DNA of 61,760 bases, counting the filler, from Porpidia crustulata (lineage: Eukaryota), in NCBI GenBank assembly GCA_964255105.1. It is 7 parts of 7 records of this genome, joined end to end, with 100 filler letters (N's around TTAATTAATTAA, not from the genome) between each part and the next. Parts side by side here need not be neighbours in the genome. Positions count along the whole stretch, not along the records: positions 35,402 to 44,124 come from CAXUWE010001061.1; positions 44,225 to 52,946 come from CAXUWE010001062.1; 5 more parts are not named here. One strand, given 5' to 3'. Every line of letters begins with the position of its first letter. Position 1 is the stretch's first letter. The position numbers were made by a program, and so were the translations under genes. The notes beneath the pieces are model-generated. The model made no database searches, was not told the origin of the DNA, and was given only the letters and a program-made list of their open reading frames with translations. This document shows positions 38,829-51,860 of this stretch, piece after piece.

Positions 38829-39506
38829 ATGAAGATATTCTCGAACATATGTATCATGTAAATACGACTGTGAAACGCAGAGCCGAAGCATGACTACAAA
38901 TACCCTATTTCAATTGGCATTTTCCTGATAGGAAGCGGAAAATTCCACATTCAAGGAAGGAAAATATGCTTGAGTCAGTCTAACAAAAGTGTCAAACAGT
39001 GATTCATTGCTATGGACTACTTTCCAGATTCTTGATCGCGAGAAAATGCTGGGCCAAGCTGCCGCCTGATCCGCTTGGGATGTATTGCCTCCCATCCATG
39101 TCAATCACTACTTCCCGATTAGGTACTCTCGCTGGAGCAGTCTTCTCACCAACAATCACAGTATACCATCCGATCAAAGAAGCCTATCTGACCTAAGCAC
39201 CTACAGTACCGAATACTGATTCAACTGTCGAGTAATACTGTCTTTGAAGTCTCCTCGAACGTCTTCCATTTGGATTTCTACCCTAGTCCTATTCCCACTC
39301 GTCACACAATTCACATGCTCTTCTACGCTACATTTTCTTCTACAGGGAGACAAAACTCCTAACTGCAAGCTGCTTAAGAATGGCATATTACTTCGACCTT
39401 TGGTATTCTACCGAAGGAGTTCTTCTACACCCAACCGTGCTATTTTGTAACAAAATCATTAGCAACTATTACAGTCCAATAATCCACCCCACCGGATATT
39501 AAGGCC

Positions 39507-41505
39507 ATGTCGGACGCTACACACCCGAAAAAGTCGAAGTATGCCAGTTCTCCGGAATTAAAAGCAGCGGATCAGCAAGAGCCGATAGCTGAAGAACACG
39601 CGGAGGGGATACCCAGTGAGCTCAAGCAGCCATTGACACCAATCATGGAGATAAACCATCAATTTCCCCATTGCGAAGAGACGCTGCCGGCGGATAGCGG
39701 GGCTTTTGTGCCAGATGTCAGTACCAACAAATTCAGAACGGAGGAATACCCCACAGTACCAGATTCTAAACCCACAAACCTTGCTCAATTGGCCCCGGCT
39801 TTTCCTGACTTTTGTGCCGCAGAAGCAGACCACCTTCTTCCAAAAAGAACACCTTCGAAGATAAGCAGCTTTTTCCGAAGGTCGCGGTCATCTACGCTGG
39901 AAGCAATACAACACATCACCAATCCTCACTCCGCACCAGATCCGTCTGGTCCAACCTCAACAGCAAGACCGCCGTTATCTCCGGCGGCATCATATGTTCA
40001 GTATCTCGGGCATTCTGCAGAGCAATCAGAAAATTCGCATTCAACTAAGTCATCCACATGCTCAAACGAGAGTACGACAAATACGACTGCTGAGCCTTGG
40101 CACCTCTCAAAGGCGAGAATCCATTCAAAAGGGATGGATCTAAGTATCAAACACCCCAATGTCATTTTCGCTAACTCACTGAGAGAAGAACGCCCGGAAA
40201 TTAGGCATCACTCAGGTAGTACGAGCCATACTATTTTAGCGGAGATGGATAACTACGACTTGATGCTCGTCGCTACCGGTATTGGTCTAAAAGCTCGAAG
40301 GTTAAGTTCCACTGTCCCTACTGAATTCCACGTGGACACTGTGAAACTTCACGACGAATATACGAGCCGCAGTATAGTGCCCGGTAGGAGGGGCAAGCTG
40401 GTAGGAAAGGGTTCGACGGCCACTGTGAAGCTCATGGTACGGAAGAAAGCATCCACAGAGAAGGTCTTCGCCGTCAAAGAGTTCCGGAAAATTGGGCAGC
40501 ATGAGAATGAAGATGAGTATCTCAAGAAAGTCAAGTCCGAGTACACGATAGCCAAGAGCCTATGCCATCCGAACATTGTCGAGAGTGTACGACTGTGCAC
40601 CCACGGGGGAAGGTGGAACCATGTTATGGAATTCTGTTCGCAAGGAGAACTCTTCAGCCTGGTCCAGAAAAACTATCTGACATTGGATGACAACCTCTGT
40701 CTCTTCAAACAATTGCTTCGGGGAGTGGCGCATCTGCATGGTCACGGCATCGCACATCGGGACATCAAACTAGAGAACCTGCTTATGACAAGCGAAGGCC
40801 ATCTGAAGATTACGGATTTTGGCGTGTCCGAAGTGTTCCGTGGTGAGCATCCCGGTTCAAGAAGAAGTTCAGATCTTCGCGCCAACGACACAAACGAATG
40901 CCGACTTTCTGCCCCGGGAATCTGTGGAAGTCTGCCTTACATTGCACCAGAGGTAATCGACAAGGCCGGTGAGGCATCTCCCTTCTACGATCCTTGGCCG
41001 TAGACTGACATGTACCTCAAAAGGCGCCTACGACCCCCGACCCCCGGACGTCTGGTCCTGCGCCATCGTCCTCATGAGCATGATTTACAAAGGCAACCCT
41101 TGGCCCGCCGCCGACCACTCCCACCCCCACCAGAACTACGCTTGCTTCCTCTCCGGCTGGGATGCCTTCATCGACGAAAACCCCGACGGCCTCATCACCG
41201 GCTCCGAAACCCCGTCCTGCGGTCCCCTGTTTTCCAAACTCCCGAAGCCGGTCCTCAGGAATTTGGTGTTGCGCATGCTTCATCCAAACCCGACCAAGCG
41301 AATCGATATCGACAGGGCGCTGGGCGACAGATGGGTCAAGACGATCGAGTGCTGCTGTCTTGATGGGTCCGGAGCCAGGGCGGTGGTTGATGCATCATCG
41401 AGCAAGGGAGGCGTGGGCGCGGGAAAGAGGATGGAGATTCAGAGGAAACACGATCATTTGCCGCCGAGGGAGAGTCGGCTGCCGAGCGGATTGGGGTGGT
41501 TGTGA
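39507..41505 (+). CDS. HAL/PTK-family Ser/Thr protein kinase
   Basis: GKGSTATV, FAVKEFRK, HRDIKLEN, DFG, GSLPYIAPE, DVWS. One intron at ~40969-41023. Confidence 0.92.
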
Positions 41506-42054
41506 GGGGTGGAGGTTGGGATAGGTTGTTGTGGGGTTAGGATTGCGATTGCGATTGCGATTGGTTCTTGAAGGGCGTAAAGGGAAGAGATTGGACAATT
41601 GATTGCGGTTAGGTAGAGAATGATAAAGAGGTTACTCTAGGGAAGTTGTACGCGATAGGCAGGGATGATTTTTGAATGGGTGAAAGGGGTTGGGATTGTG
41701 TGATTTGCACCATGATATCTAACTGGCACTGGCAGGTGAGAGCGCATCTGATTCGCAACACGCCCGATTCACGATGTCTTTTTAAGGTTGTTTGGTTTTG
41801 GGCCGAGGCGATCACTATCGAAACAATTTTTATGGTCGCTCAAAGGCGTATTGTTGATGTTAGACTACGGCCTAGCGGACGAGGGATGTGTTTTGGAGAT
41901 TAGCTATGGTGAGGGGTTTTGGAATTATTCAACGCCGTTGGACGTGAAACTTGATCACACTTCATAATTAGATGGAGTAGTCGACAATAGTATCTAGACC
42001 TCGGCTTTCATTTTTCGAATATGCAATGCAACGCTGTCTGTCCGAAAGTAAAGG

Positions 42055-42335
42055 TCGGGAGTTGTGTCTTTGGATGTTGGTGTGTGATGCGTGGTAGGGT
42101 ACTTGTGTGTTGTTGGGGTTGTATTTTGGTTGTGTTTTGATTGTGTTTTTGGTTGGTTGTTTGTTTTTGATATTTGTTTGGTGTTTGATTGATTGGTTGA
42201 AGGTGAGATGTAGGTGTTTTGTGCGGTTAGGTTGGGTTTTGTGGGTTGTGTTTGTGTTTTATTTTGTTATTTGGGATCTGATTGGTTGAATATGAAATAT
42301 GGGTAGGTAATTTGTGCGGTTGTGTTTTTGTGGAT
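42055..42335 (+). repeat. G/T-rich, C-depleted low-complexity tract
   Basis: About 280 bp that is almost entirely T and G, with very few C. Confidence 0.85.
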
Positions 42336-42779
42336 GAGAAGATCGATGGTAGATGGTTTGTATGTATATATGTATCGATGAGTAAGGTACTGAATATCTG
42401 TTTCGTCTGAGATTTCGAAAGATGTCGTCTATTTATATAGCGTTATCAATACGAATGAAGGATTCAAGTTTCTCTCTTCTCTTCCAACTTGTGTTTTGGC
42501 CAAAAACAACTCGCGAATTTTGTTTTGGTCTCGGTTTACGTGTACCCTTTTCTATTTTTTTTCTTCTTTTGAAGATTTGAGCGTTGGGTAGAGAGGTCCG
42601 GATTCGAAAGGCAAAGGCTGGTGGGGGTCTTCATATGTATAGGATAACTTCGGCTCAGTTTTGTTGTGGAGGAATATATGATATCTCACGCCCCCAGCAC
42701 AGCACATACCCCACCCAGAACTGTTTTGACTTATGTTGGGAATAGGGAATATTTTTGGATCAAATACATAGGTGACTTA

Positions 42780-43320
42780 GACACTTTTTCATTTTCTCTG
42801 TCGATTGTTTATCGGAAGGCTAGGGCGTTTCGACGACGACGACGAGAGATCTTCTGCGGATCGCTATACTGCGTCTTCCGCTTCTGGTTTATAGTAGTAC
42901 CCAGAAACTCGGGGGACGAGAAGGGTCGGGTGGCGGTCGATTTGTTCAAGGTTTTTCCTTGGAAGATTGAATTATGCGAACTCATTGAAGAGTGTTTTCT
43001 CGAAATTGTGCCGGCAATTCTTCGATCTAGGGAAGATAGTCCTTAGGTTTATCGAGCCATTTCCCCTTCACATAAACTCGTATTTTACTGCAATAGCCAA
43101 TCCTAGCCACCCATCTCGGATTTACTGTGTGGTCGCTCGGTCGGATTTCCTCGTATTGTTCTTGTCAATATGGTCTCCTTCGCAAATCGCTTTATATGCG
43201 TTGCCGTCAGTTCTGGCTTGACTGGAGATGCTTATGCTGGCGCCCGACTCGAGTACTGTTATTAGCATTCACTGGACTTGAATATCTTTCTGTTGAATTG
43301 TTGGACGAGATTTTAGGCCT
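42780..43320 (-). pseudogene. Possible degenerate coding relic with multiple stops
   Basis: One minus-strand frame reads protein-like (QEQYEEIRPSDHTVNPRWVARIGYCSKIRVYVKGKWLDKPKDYLP*IEELP...) with interspersed stops, in AT/TCGA-rich surroundings. Confidence 0.3.
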
Positions 43321-43602
43321 TGATTAAATAGGAAAGATGGATTCCGACTTGATCTCGATTTAATATCTTTAATTAACCGTTGGATGACGAATCTGCCTTT
43401 TATACAGGTTGTTTGCTTTCAGGACTGATCACACTGAGTTTGATGCCCTTCTGGTTAGTAAAAGCTTCTCAGAACTGCCTTCACTCCTTACTGAAGCTAT
43501 GAAACCCTCCATCCATGCCCAGACCCTTCGGTAGAAACCAATTCTAGGTAATATTCTGACGTGTAAAGGGCTACTTAATGAGTTTCCAAACATTGTATTA
43601 GG

Positions 43603-44124
43603 CTATGCACCTAATTCCATTAGAAACCTAGCTAAAGTCATCTTTCGCAGCTCACATGCCATGGTCAACGGCGTGCGATTTGTGTAGAAGTCAATCGCGT
43701 TGATATCGGCCCCGTTATCGACGAGGTACTGTAAAAGGACTTTTCCGGTCTCGTTGTCAAGATTGCCTTGAATGACGCAGTGAACCGGATGGAATCCCTC
43801 TTCGGTGGTCGCTGATGTTACCGAGGCCCCCGCTTGGACAAGTTGTTGGATAATGTCTATATATCCTTTTTGGCAGGCCAGGTGTAGCGGTTGATAGCCT
43901 TGGCTGTCTCGAGATTGCATGGACTGACCTCCCTCGAGTAAGAAACCTACTATATCGGGTTGATTCTTAGCAATGGCTTGAAATATTGGAGAGCCGAGAC
44001 TTTGCGTAGGAGGAAATTCGTGCGCCAGACATATCCCGTAGCGCACTAAGAGGCGCACGAGGGTAAAGGTATGCATATTGCTCACGGTAAAAAATGAGTG
44101 TATCTTAGGGGCCACCCCCAGCTC
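43603..44124 (-). CDS. Ankyrin-repeat protein, C-terminal part (5' truncated by contig end)
   Basis: GYQPLHLACQKGYIDIIQQLVQAGASV, GFHPVH...YLVDNGADINA, RTPLTMA...LMELGA. Confidence 0.85.
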   Translation of the reverse strand, partial: ELGVAPKIHSFFTVSNMHTFTLVRLLVRYGICLAHEFPPTQSLGSPIFQAIAKNQPDIVGFLLEGGQSMQSRDSQGYQPLHLACQKGYIDIIQQLVQAGASVTSATTEEGFHPVHCVIQGNLDNETGKVLLQYLVDNGADINAIDFYTNRTPLTMACELRKMTLARFLMELGA

Positions 44125-44224
44125 NNNNNNNNNNNNNNNNNNNNNNNNNNNNNNNNNNNNNNNNNNNNTTAATTAATTAANNNNNNNNNNNNNNNNNNNN
44201 NNNNNNNNNNNNNNNNNNNNNNNN
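44125..44224. other. Artificial contig-joining spacer
   Basis: N44-TTAATTAATTAA-N44. Confidence 0.98.
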
Positions 44225-44225
44225 A

Positions 44226-44372
44226 TCCGCTTCCAAACCAAACCAACGGTCACACTATCTCTGGCTTCCACAGGAGTATCGGAGCGATTGTTTAGCTTTT
44301 CACGACGATACTTTCGCGTTTGGTTTGCACTCAGGCCAAGTCCGTATTGTGAAGCTCGATGTTTCTTCCTGA
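44226..44372 (+). CDS. C-terminal tail of a NACHT-WD40 (HET-E-like NLR) protein, 5' truncated
   Basis: YLWLPQEYRSDCLAFHDDTFAFGLHSGQVRIVKLDVSS* matches the LWLPxEYR...G..SGxV terminus typical of fungal NACHT-WD40 proteins. Confidence 0.6.
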   Translation, partial: SASKPNQRSHYLWLPQEYRSDCLAFHDDTFAFGLHSGQVRIVKLDVSS

Positions 44373-44459
44373 TATATCTTATAACTAAATTGAATCATAT
44401 AGTTGGCTGTTGTTTACTGCTCACTATAAGTATCGATCCATAGCTATCAATAAATGACT

Positions 44460-44835
44460 CTGAAATAAGACCGGTCTCGTCCATATTATTAACATCCTCC
44501 AGCAGAAAAGCCAGATCTTGTAATATTTTTCCAATTACCTCGGACCAGTGTGTGGCCTTGTAATAGATATTATCTTCATGCCGGTTCCAGTCTACCGCCC
44601 TCACCCTCCTCGATTTCAGTTCTGGATGGCGATTCTCAAGGCCTGAGCCCAGTTCTGCCTCGGAGACTTGTGCTTTCTCTTTCGATAGGATGAGATACTG
44701 TTGGCTTCGAGCCTTTTGTTCTTTCGAGCGTCGACCGTACGCACGATGATAAAGCGTAGTGAGAGGCACGTCACCCAGTTCTGCTAGGGTAGTATATGTT
44801 CTAGACACGTTAGGAGGCAGACCTTGAACCGGCAC
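44460..44835 (-). mobile_element. Degenerate Fot1/pogo (Tc1-mariner superfamily) transposase fragment
   Basis: HTH-like VPLTTLYHRAYGRRSKEQKARSQQYL, RHPELKSRRVRAVDWNRH and the first catalytic NMDETG. Internally deleted, and the rest of the DDE domain is absent. Confidence 0.82.
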
Positions 44836-45357
44836 TTGATTGGCTCTGTCCTTACCAAATTACTGTAAAAACGATGATGGAAGAAGGAAACGGTGAATAA
44901 GGGAGCAGTAGCGCTAGGCAGCCATCAAAGAGTGGGAGGCCGCGCTATTGCACTAGCCGCGAAGCAAACTGTCGATCACGAGAGCGCGCGAGCCCGGGAG
45001 TCGTGCTGGCGACAGGGCTGAGCCAGTCAATTCAGCCTTGTGAGCCAAAGTGTTCGCAGTGTTGAGAGACTGCACTTTTATCTGTAATAACATCAAATAC
45101 TCCAGAGTACTTTTGCAGATCTACCAAGCTATTTCTTGCAACATACCACCAAACTTTTGGCGAGCAATGTCACACAACGTAAGGTCAGCTGCCTTCGAAT
45201 CTGACTGACAAGCGCCGGGAGCTCCGACTCATAGATAGTTGTATATCCCTTGGGGGAGTCTTAAGAACCTTTGATTCTCATCGTTCTTCCGCTCTATGCT
45301 TTTCTACCCTCACATGCCTTTCTAAATTATCACTTGATTGTCGCCTGGGTTATCAAG

Positions 45358-48300
45358 ATGAACGGCACCGTGGGCTCTAAGGGCCCCGGTGGGGCCGACA
45401 AATCATTTGACACCAGCTGTCAGATACTGGAAGCCTTAGAGGTCATACACGAGCCTCGATCAAGCAACGCTGTTCGACAGAAAGCTTCCCAATACCTCGA
45501 AGAAGTCAAGTTAGACGATCAGGCACCCTACCACGGTTTCACGTTGGCCTCAGTCAAGTCTCAGCCTGCTATCGTTCGTCACTATGGACTGTCGCTACTA
45601 GAGCACGCTATACGCCATCGGTGGACGGATTACACATCCGAACAACGAATGGCATTGCGAGACTGGGTCCTGGCTCTTTCCCAAGGCATTGGTGATGGAG
45701 ATCAGTTATATATCCGCAACAAAGTTGCCGCCATATGGGTGGAAATCGCAAAAAGAAGTTGGGTCTTGGACTGGATGGATATGGATGAATCATTGGTTCG
45801 GTTATGGGGAGGTCCGGTTGCACAAAAGGTCCTGGTGCTCACTGTCTTAGAGAGCCTGTCTGAGGACATATTTGGGCATGAGGACCTTACTGCTGGGCTT
45901 CGAGGTACAGATCTCAACAGAGCTTGTGTAGAAATCTTCACACCAGCAAGCGTGCTCACTGAGCACTTTCCAACTAGGGAGACAAGTGTCAATGTAAGAT
46001 ATGGCCAGGAAGGGTGGCTTTCTCGTATAGTGGATCTCATCGAATGGTGCTCGAATAATACTTCAACAGACGCCTTTCGCCAAATCTGCGCTGTAAAGTC
46101 CTTGTCCACCCTCAAATCTGTTATCGGATGGGTAATCCCCAGGGCCTTGTTAGAAACACGTTGTGTCCAAGGAGTATGTGGATGCCTAGCGGTCTCGAAT
46201 ATACCGATTCAATTGGTGAGTATGTTTGGTATCTCCTTGGAAAGTCAAAGCGTATGTTGACGTATTTGTTTAGGCTGCTGTCGATGCGCTTTACACTTTG
46301 TACAACCGATCACGATTTTCTGAAGATGACTTTCGAGATCTTGTATGTCCAATGTATCAGCACGACATCATTGGCTTGCTTAAAAGACTCTACGAATGGT
46401 CAATTGTAGATGCTGCCAATATCGACGAAGAGAAATACCTATTATCTAAGAAATTTTCCGAGGTACACCTTTTAGTTGTGGTTGCCTCACACGCATAAGC
46501 TAATCATCACTAGATGATATTCAATATCGGCAGACTTCTTGACGAGAAACCTACTTTCGTACCACAAGATAGCGATTTGTCGGGCTTCTTCCATCTTCTT
46601 CTAGATATTGTCAAAAACCAAAGTCTCCACGTCTCTATTCCTGCATTGCATCTCTGGGTTAAGTTGCTCAGCTCTGATAAAATTAAAGGTTCTCCTACAG
46701 TAATTACTCTTATACCGGATTTGCTGGAGACATGCAGCCATCGACTAGTCCGATACGAAGCTTTACCAGAGGACTCCAGCAATGCGAGTATAGTGTTTCT
46801 TAGCGAAGACGTAGATACAATGCCTGAAAGACATGCATTTTTAGGTAATTATACGCGATTCTGCAACCAGATCGTGGAGACTATCGTGCAACAACAGCCC
46901 GCCGATGCACTATACCATATCCTGGGACAAGCAGACAATTTACTCGACCATTTATATGACGGGGAACCAGCTTTCTCAAGTCAGTCGTATACGAAGACTT
47001 CTGTTCCACTCCTGCGCCTCGATGCGCAATTTTCTGTAATTGAAGCCGCGCTGAAGGGCTACTCGAAATGGCTTTCGTATGGAGGCATTTTGGCAAATGA
47101 GGGTGAGCATGATATCATGACATCAAACCTCCAAGTGTGGTGTGATCGACTGCTGGGGCTCATATTTGAGGATCCCTTGATCAAGGAGCGCGTAATTCAA
47201 TTGGCCGTTGGATTTGCAACAGGGCCTCTGAAACGAAACGCGCGATTTGCCTTCAGGATATTCGAGTACACTTTAGATACTAGATGTCCGGAGGATCCTA
47301 CGTGCGGGACGTACAACGATGCAGTCAAGGATCTCCACGGGTTCTGTCTGCATCAATTACAACGGCTTGCGATGCGTTTCCCCGACTATCTCATTACAAT
47401 ATTCGATGAAGTGGAACGAAAAGTCAATCAAGTCAGTCAAACTGCGGCCTCAGATGAGCAGACCCGCGCGCGGTACTCATCGATTTTGTTCATTATCACC
47501 CATCGAGCGACCAGTGTAGACTCGAAGCCACGCGAAGCACGACTCGAACAGTTCATCCGACCCTTGATGGCGCAATGGCAAAGTAGTGAACTTACTGACT
47601 CACTCTCTTCTTTCGACGCGTTCTGCAATCTCCTTGGATTAGGAGGTATCCAACACTACGTCACTAGCCGCGCTGTGCAACAAATACAGGATTGGTCTAC
47701 TTGCCCATTGGATGAAGAAGGACTAGTTCTTCAATTGCACATGCAACATGCCCTTGAGCAACTACCTCTGAGAGCAACAAAAACAATCCTGAGTGTAAGT
47801 GTCGAAAGACTAGAACCAGATTCGAACCCATACAATATGGCGTGCGGTCTATGGCAGAAACATATCCCCTTAATATTACCCAATCTTCTTCACTTTATTA
47901 GCCAAGCACATGCTTTCCACGATCCTGCTAATTGGACTCACATTCCTCCGGAAATGAAAGGCATCGTCCGTCGCATTCTTACGGATCGATTCTGGCAAGT
48001 AGGCATTTCGACTGGAAGTCGTGATGAATTTTATGCCAAAGTTGGTGGTACAAGAACGACAGTTGAAGGCTTTGCTTCATCAATCCGTGCCACGCTACGA
48101 GCCGTTCGAGAAACTGGGTATAGGCTATTGTATTACATGAGTCTACTTGGCGAACAGTTCTACAGCTACGAAGAATTACCTGGACCTCTTGCTCATGCTT
48201 TATTCACGGACGCCTGTACATTGTCCACGCACCAGATGGCCATACTAGTAGAGATGATACGTCCCATCATTGATCAATGTCCCGTTCCTTGTCGAACTCA

Positions 48301-49226
48301 TTTTCTTCCTCCAATATTAGCCGCACTATTCGAACAGCTTGATCGCAAAGCTAGTAGTGAGTGGGAGAGAATCGAGACAAGGACAAAGGCGGCATCAGAA
48401 GATGACAATCTAGCTGATGAAATGCGAGATGAGAGCATTCTCCGACAATTGACGTTCACTTCCGTAATGATGGTGGTGGGCTTACTGGATCCACAGAAAA
48501 CGAGTAAGTTTCAAGCAGCCACCATACCTCATAGCTCTTGAGAGCTAACATTTAGCAGATCCCACAGGTGTCGAAGTTCGATTAGATGATGTACCTAATC
48601 CACAAGACGACGGCCAACAGAGCCAACGTACAATACGATCATTCATCCTAGGCACACCAGACATCTTGAAGCCAGTAATCCTTTTCTGCACACATGCACT
48701 TCGGATGCGGGATACGCGGTCTTGCTCTTTTATTACACGGGTCCTACGCTCTCTTGTTCCCGAATTCGAAGGCACCAATCCAATCGAGACCGATGTTCGA
48801 GAGTTCATATCGACAGAAGTACTCAAGGCGTGCATAACATCACTGCACGACCCTTACTTTGTGGATCTCCAAAAAGATCTCGCGCAGCTCATAGCTAGTA
48901 TCGTCATTGCTTACAACCCGCGGACGGATACTCCAAAGCAGGTCTTACTCTCGCTCCCTTTGATGTCGGCAGATCTAATAGACCGCACAATACGCCACCT
49001 GGCCAAAGCCAAATCAAATAGCCGCCAACAACGAGCTATAATACTGGATCTCCTCGAAGGGCTTCGAGGGGTCAGTGTTAGTGAGCAGGGTAGGATCGCA
49101 AGGCCCGATCCGAAGAAGGTCAGATCGGCCATGCAAGAAAAATACATGACGGTAAACGTGCAAGCGAACGGAAAAAAGGAAGAAAGCCCTGATCTTGGCG
49201 GCATTGCTGGTATGTTTGACTCATAG
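45358..49226 (+). CDS. MSN5: Exportin-5/karyopherin Msn5, multi-exon
   Basis: Importin-beta N-terminal pattern (RQKASQYLEEVK...VRHYGLSLLEHAIRHRW), RILTDRFWQVGIS, a long HEAT-like helical protein of ~1200 aa. Three introns. Confidence 0.88.
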
Positions 49227-49374
49227 GCTTGGTGGTTGGCATTCCTGGCGCCTTGGTGCATTTTCTTTTCTTGCATATTCACCGACTCTCGGTGTTGGAC
49301 GTTTCAATTGATTTATTGACAAAACTAGAAGCTAGACACAGATACCCCATGAACGCCGATTTTTTATAATTTTC

Positions 49375-50095
49375 TTACTTAGAGATGTGTGACGGCGTGA
49401 CTGCGTATGTGGGACGCACAAATCTGTAATATGATACGAGTAATTAGCAAGCATCCCCACAAGTATTTCCGCCAGAAGATTGTTTCTGAAGTCCTTCTTG
49501 AGCTCAAGCCATAGATCGATCGGAAGAATGTACAACTCTCATCGCAATGGCTGCAATTACCATCCCCCTCAAACTCGAAACAGTCAAACGAGTTGGACTC
49601 ACCTATCACTATTGTACACCTTCGTCTCGCTCCCCATCAACTCCCTCTCCCGCGCCTTGTCCGCCCACTGCTTCCGCACCATATCCCTATCCTCTTCCGC
49701 TTGCAGCAACGGGATCAGATAGATACGGCCCCACATCTTCTCCCGAGCGAGTTCACTATCGCAACGCTAATTGTCAGCAATCTCTCATTTTCTGATTTCC
49801 TCCCCGCAGCGCCAGGACACGCTGCCTCTTTTACACGCAAGCTCCTGCCTGAATCAGGATCGACGATGCATACTTTTGTTCCCGGATCCCCTTGCCGACT
49901 TTGTAGAACCCGTAGGTCATTATGAGACCCATTGCGGCGAGATAGTAGGAGGGGCGGAAACCGCGGGCGGGGATGTTGCGCTGGGGGATGGGTTAGCTAT
50001 GTTTATGGGATTGAAGCGTGGGAGTGGAAGGGGATTGAATATACCTTGTATTGGATGGGCTCGTAGCCACCGGATGGTGGCAGGTCTTGTGCCAT
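49375..50095 (-). CDS. NDUFA13: Complex I subunit GRIM-19/B16.6, 4 exons (absent from ORF track)
   Basis: Spliced reading: MAQDLPPSGGYEPIQYK|RNIPARGFRPSYYL...GIREQN|ELAREKMWGRIYLIPLLQAEEDR...VYNSDR|FVRPTYAVTPSHISK*. Confidence 0.93.
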
Positions 50096-50666
50096 GAAGG
50101 TTAAAGGTTGAAAAAGAAGAGCCTGTGGTCGAGGTTGAGGTGAAGGTTGAGTTCCTTATGAGGCTAATCTAGATGCGTCTTAGTTTGCTGCAAGCACCAT
50201 GGCACTCATGGTCAGTCTCGAGTAAGTCTTGCCTTCTACAGATCGTGACCTGCGTTATAATTCTGCTTAACAATTCGCTGATAAAAACAGATTGACTGAG
50301 TAAAATCCAATATCGAATACATACGGGGAAAGGACTTTGGGGTAGGAGGGATCTACTCTCCCATCGTCATTATCAAAATCACTCTCATAGGCATAAAATG
50401 GGTTCTTGAAAATGTCTGGAAGTAGTGGCAACTCGTGCTTCATGTACCTCAATATTTACTAAATTTCCTACCATTCGAACCAATGGTGTCGATTTATAAT
50501 CGATATCTGAGAAGTTGCCTACAAGAAAGCCATTGGCGCAAAATACCTCATGAGACGTATACTCCTTAGGTATCTCTACAAATCCAAGGGCATTTTTCCA
50601 TTGCAAACTTGGGATAAATACCATCCAGTATTCGCATTTTCCTTTCTTCGGCAAGAGCCTCTCCTA

Positions 50667-51860
50667 ATGAAGCGTACGTTCACCGACATGGAGGCTTCGG
50701 CAAGTGCAGGAGATGCTGCGAGCACCGAACTTCCTTCAAAAGTACAAAGCCCTGCTGCGGTAGAAGGCTCCCCAACTATGGAAACGACTTCGCCTACGAC
50801 AGTTGTAGAAGTAACCACTCTCACAGATGTGCCTCCACTCTCGAAGAACAAGCTCAAAAAAATTAGGCGCGATAAGGAATGGGAGGAGAAGCGTGAAGCG
50901 CGAAAAGTTTGGCGGAAAGTCAAGTTGCAAGAGAAGAAGCAGCGGAAGCGAGCTGCCCGAGATGAGACTGCAGCGGCCAACGGGACTGCGATCGAAGCTA
51001 GTAAAGATGAAGTTCAGCGGCCCGAGAGTGTAGAATTACCCAAATATCACCATCCTGTTCGAGTTCCGATCACTCTACTGATCGATTGTGGCTTTGATGA
51101 ACTCATGGAAGACGTCGAGCGAAAATCTTTAGCCTCGCAGCTGACAAGATGCTATTCTGATAACTACAAGGCACCATATCAAAATCATCTTGCTATCAGC
51201 ACATTCGGAGGGCATCTCAAGGACCGATTTGACACTGTATTGTCTGGCCAATACAAGTCATGGAAAGGTGTCAGGTTTTTCGAGGACGATATTCCGGAGG
51301 CAGCGGGCAAGGTACGAGAATGGATGGAAAGTAAGGACGATAAGATCGCTGGAGCTCTCTTAGGCAAAAATTATTTCCCGCAGACTCCTCTAACAGACTC
51401 ATCTCGCGACGGAGATATCGTTTACCTGACAAGCGATAGCCCCAATACATTGACCGAGCTACGGCCATATAGTACATACATCATTGGAGGTCTTGTCGAC
51501 AAAAATAGGCACAAAGGCATCTGCTACAAGAAAGCAATGGGTCTGAACATTAAGACAGCAAAGCTGCCCATCGGAGACTATATGCAAATGGCAAGCCGGT
51601 TTGTTCTGACCACGAACCACGTGGCCGAAATCCTGCTTCGATGGCTTGAGGTTGGTGATTGGGGTAAGGCATTCTTGCGAGTGATACCGAAGAGAAAAGG
51701 AGGTGTGCTTAAAGGCAAAGTGGTAGAAGGAGACAAAGTAATGGAAGTTGCAACCTCCCACAACAGTGATCTTAACGGAGAGGTTCGGCAATCACCTGCT
51801 TTGAATACGATAGAAGTACAAGGGCCCCAGCAGGAAGACGATCCTGTACAGCCTGCTTAG
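50667..51860 (+). CDS. TRM10: tRNA (guanine-N1, position 9)-methyltransferase
   Basis: LSKNKLKKIRR, IDCGFDELM, SLASQLTRCYSDN, VYLTSDS, YIIGGLVDKNRHKG, VLTTNHV, VIPKRK. Confidence 0.95.
   Translation: MKRTFTDMEASASAGDAASTELPSKVQSPAAVEGSPTMETTSPTTVVEVTTLTDVPPLSKNKLKKIRRDKEWEEKREARKVWRKVKLQEKKQRKRAARDETAAANGTAIEASKDEVQRPESVELPKYHHPVRVPITLLIDCGFDELMEDVERKSLASQLTRCYSDNYKAPYQNHLAISTFGGHLKDRFDTVLSGQYKSWKGVRFFEDDIPEAAGKVREWMESKDDKIAGALLGKNYFPQTPLTDSSRDGDIVYLTSDSPNTLTELRPYSTYIIGGLVDKNRHKGICYKKAMGLNIKTAKLPIGDYMQMASRFVLTTNHVAEILLRWLEVGDWGKAFLRVIPKRKGGVLKGKVVEGDKVMEVATSHNSDLNGEVRQSPALNTIEVQGPQQEDDPVQPA

Noticed and set aside
43603..44372. Linked ankyrin plus NACHT-WD40 incompatibility locus
   Set aside because: The two fragments are on different contigs separated by a spacer.
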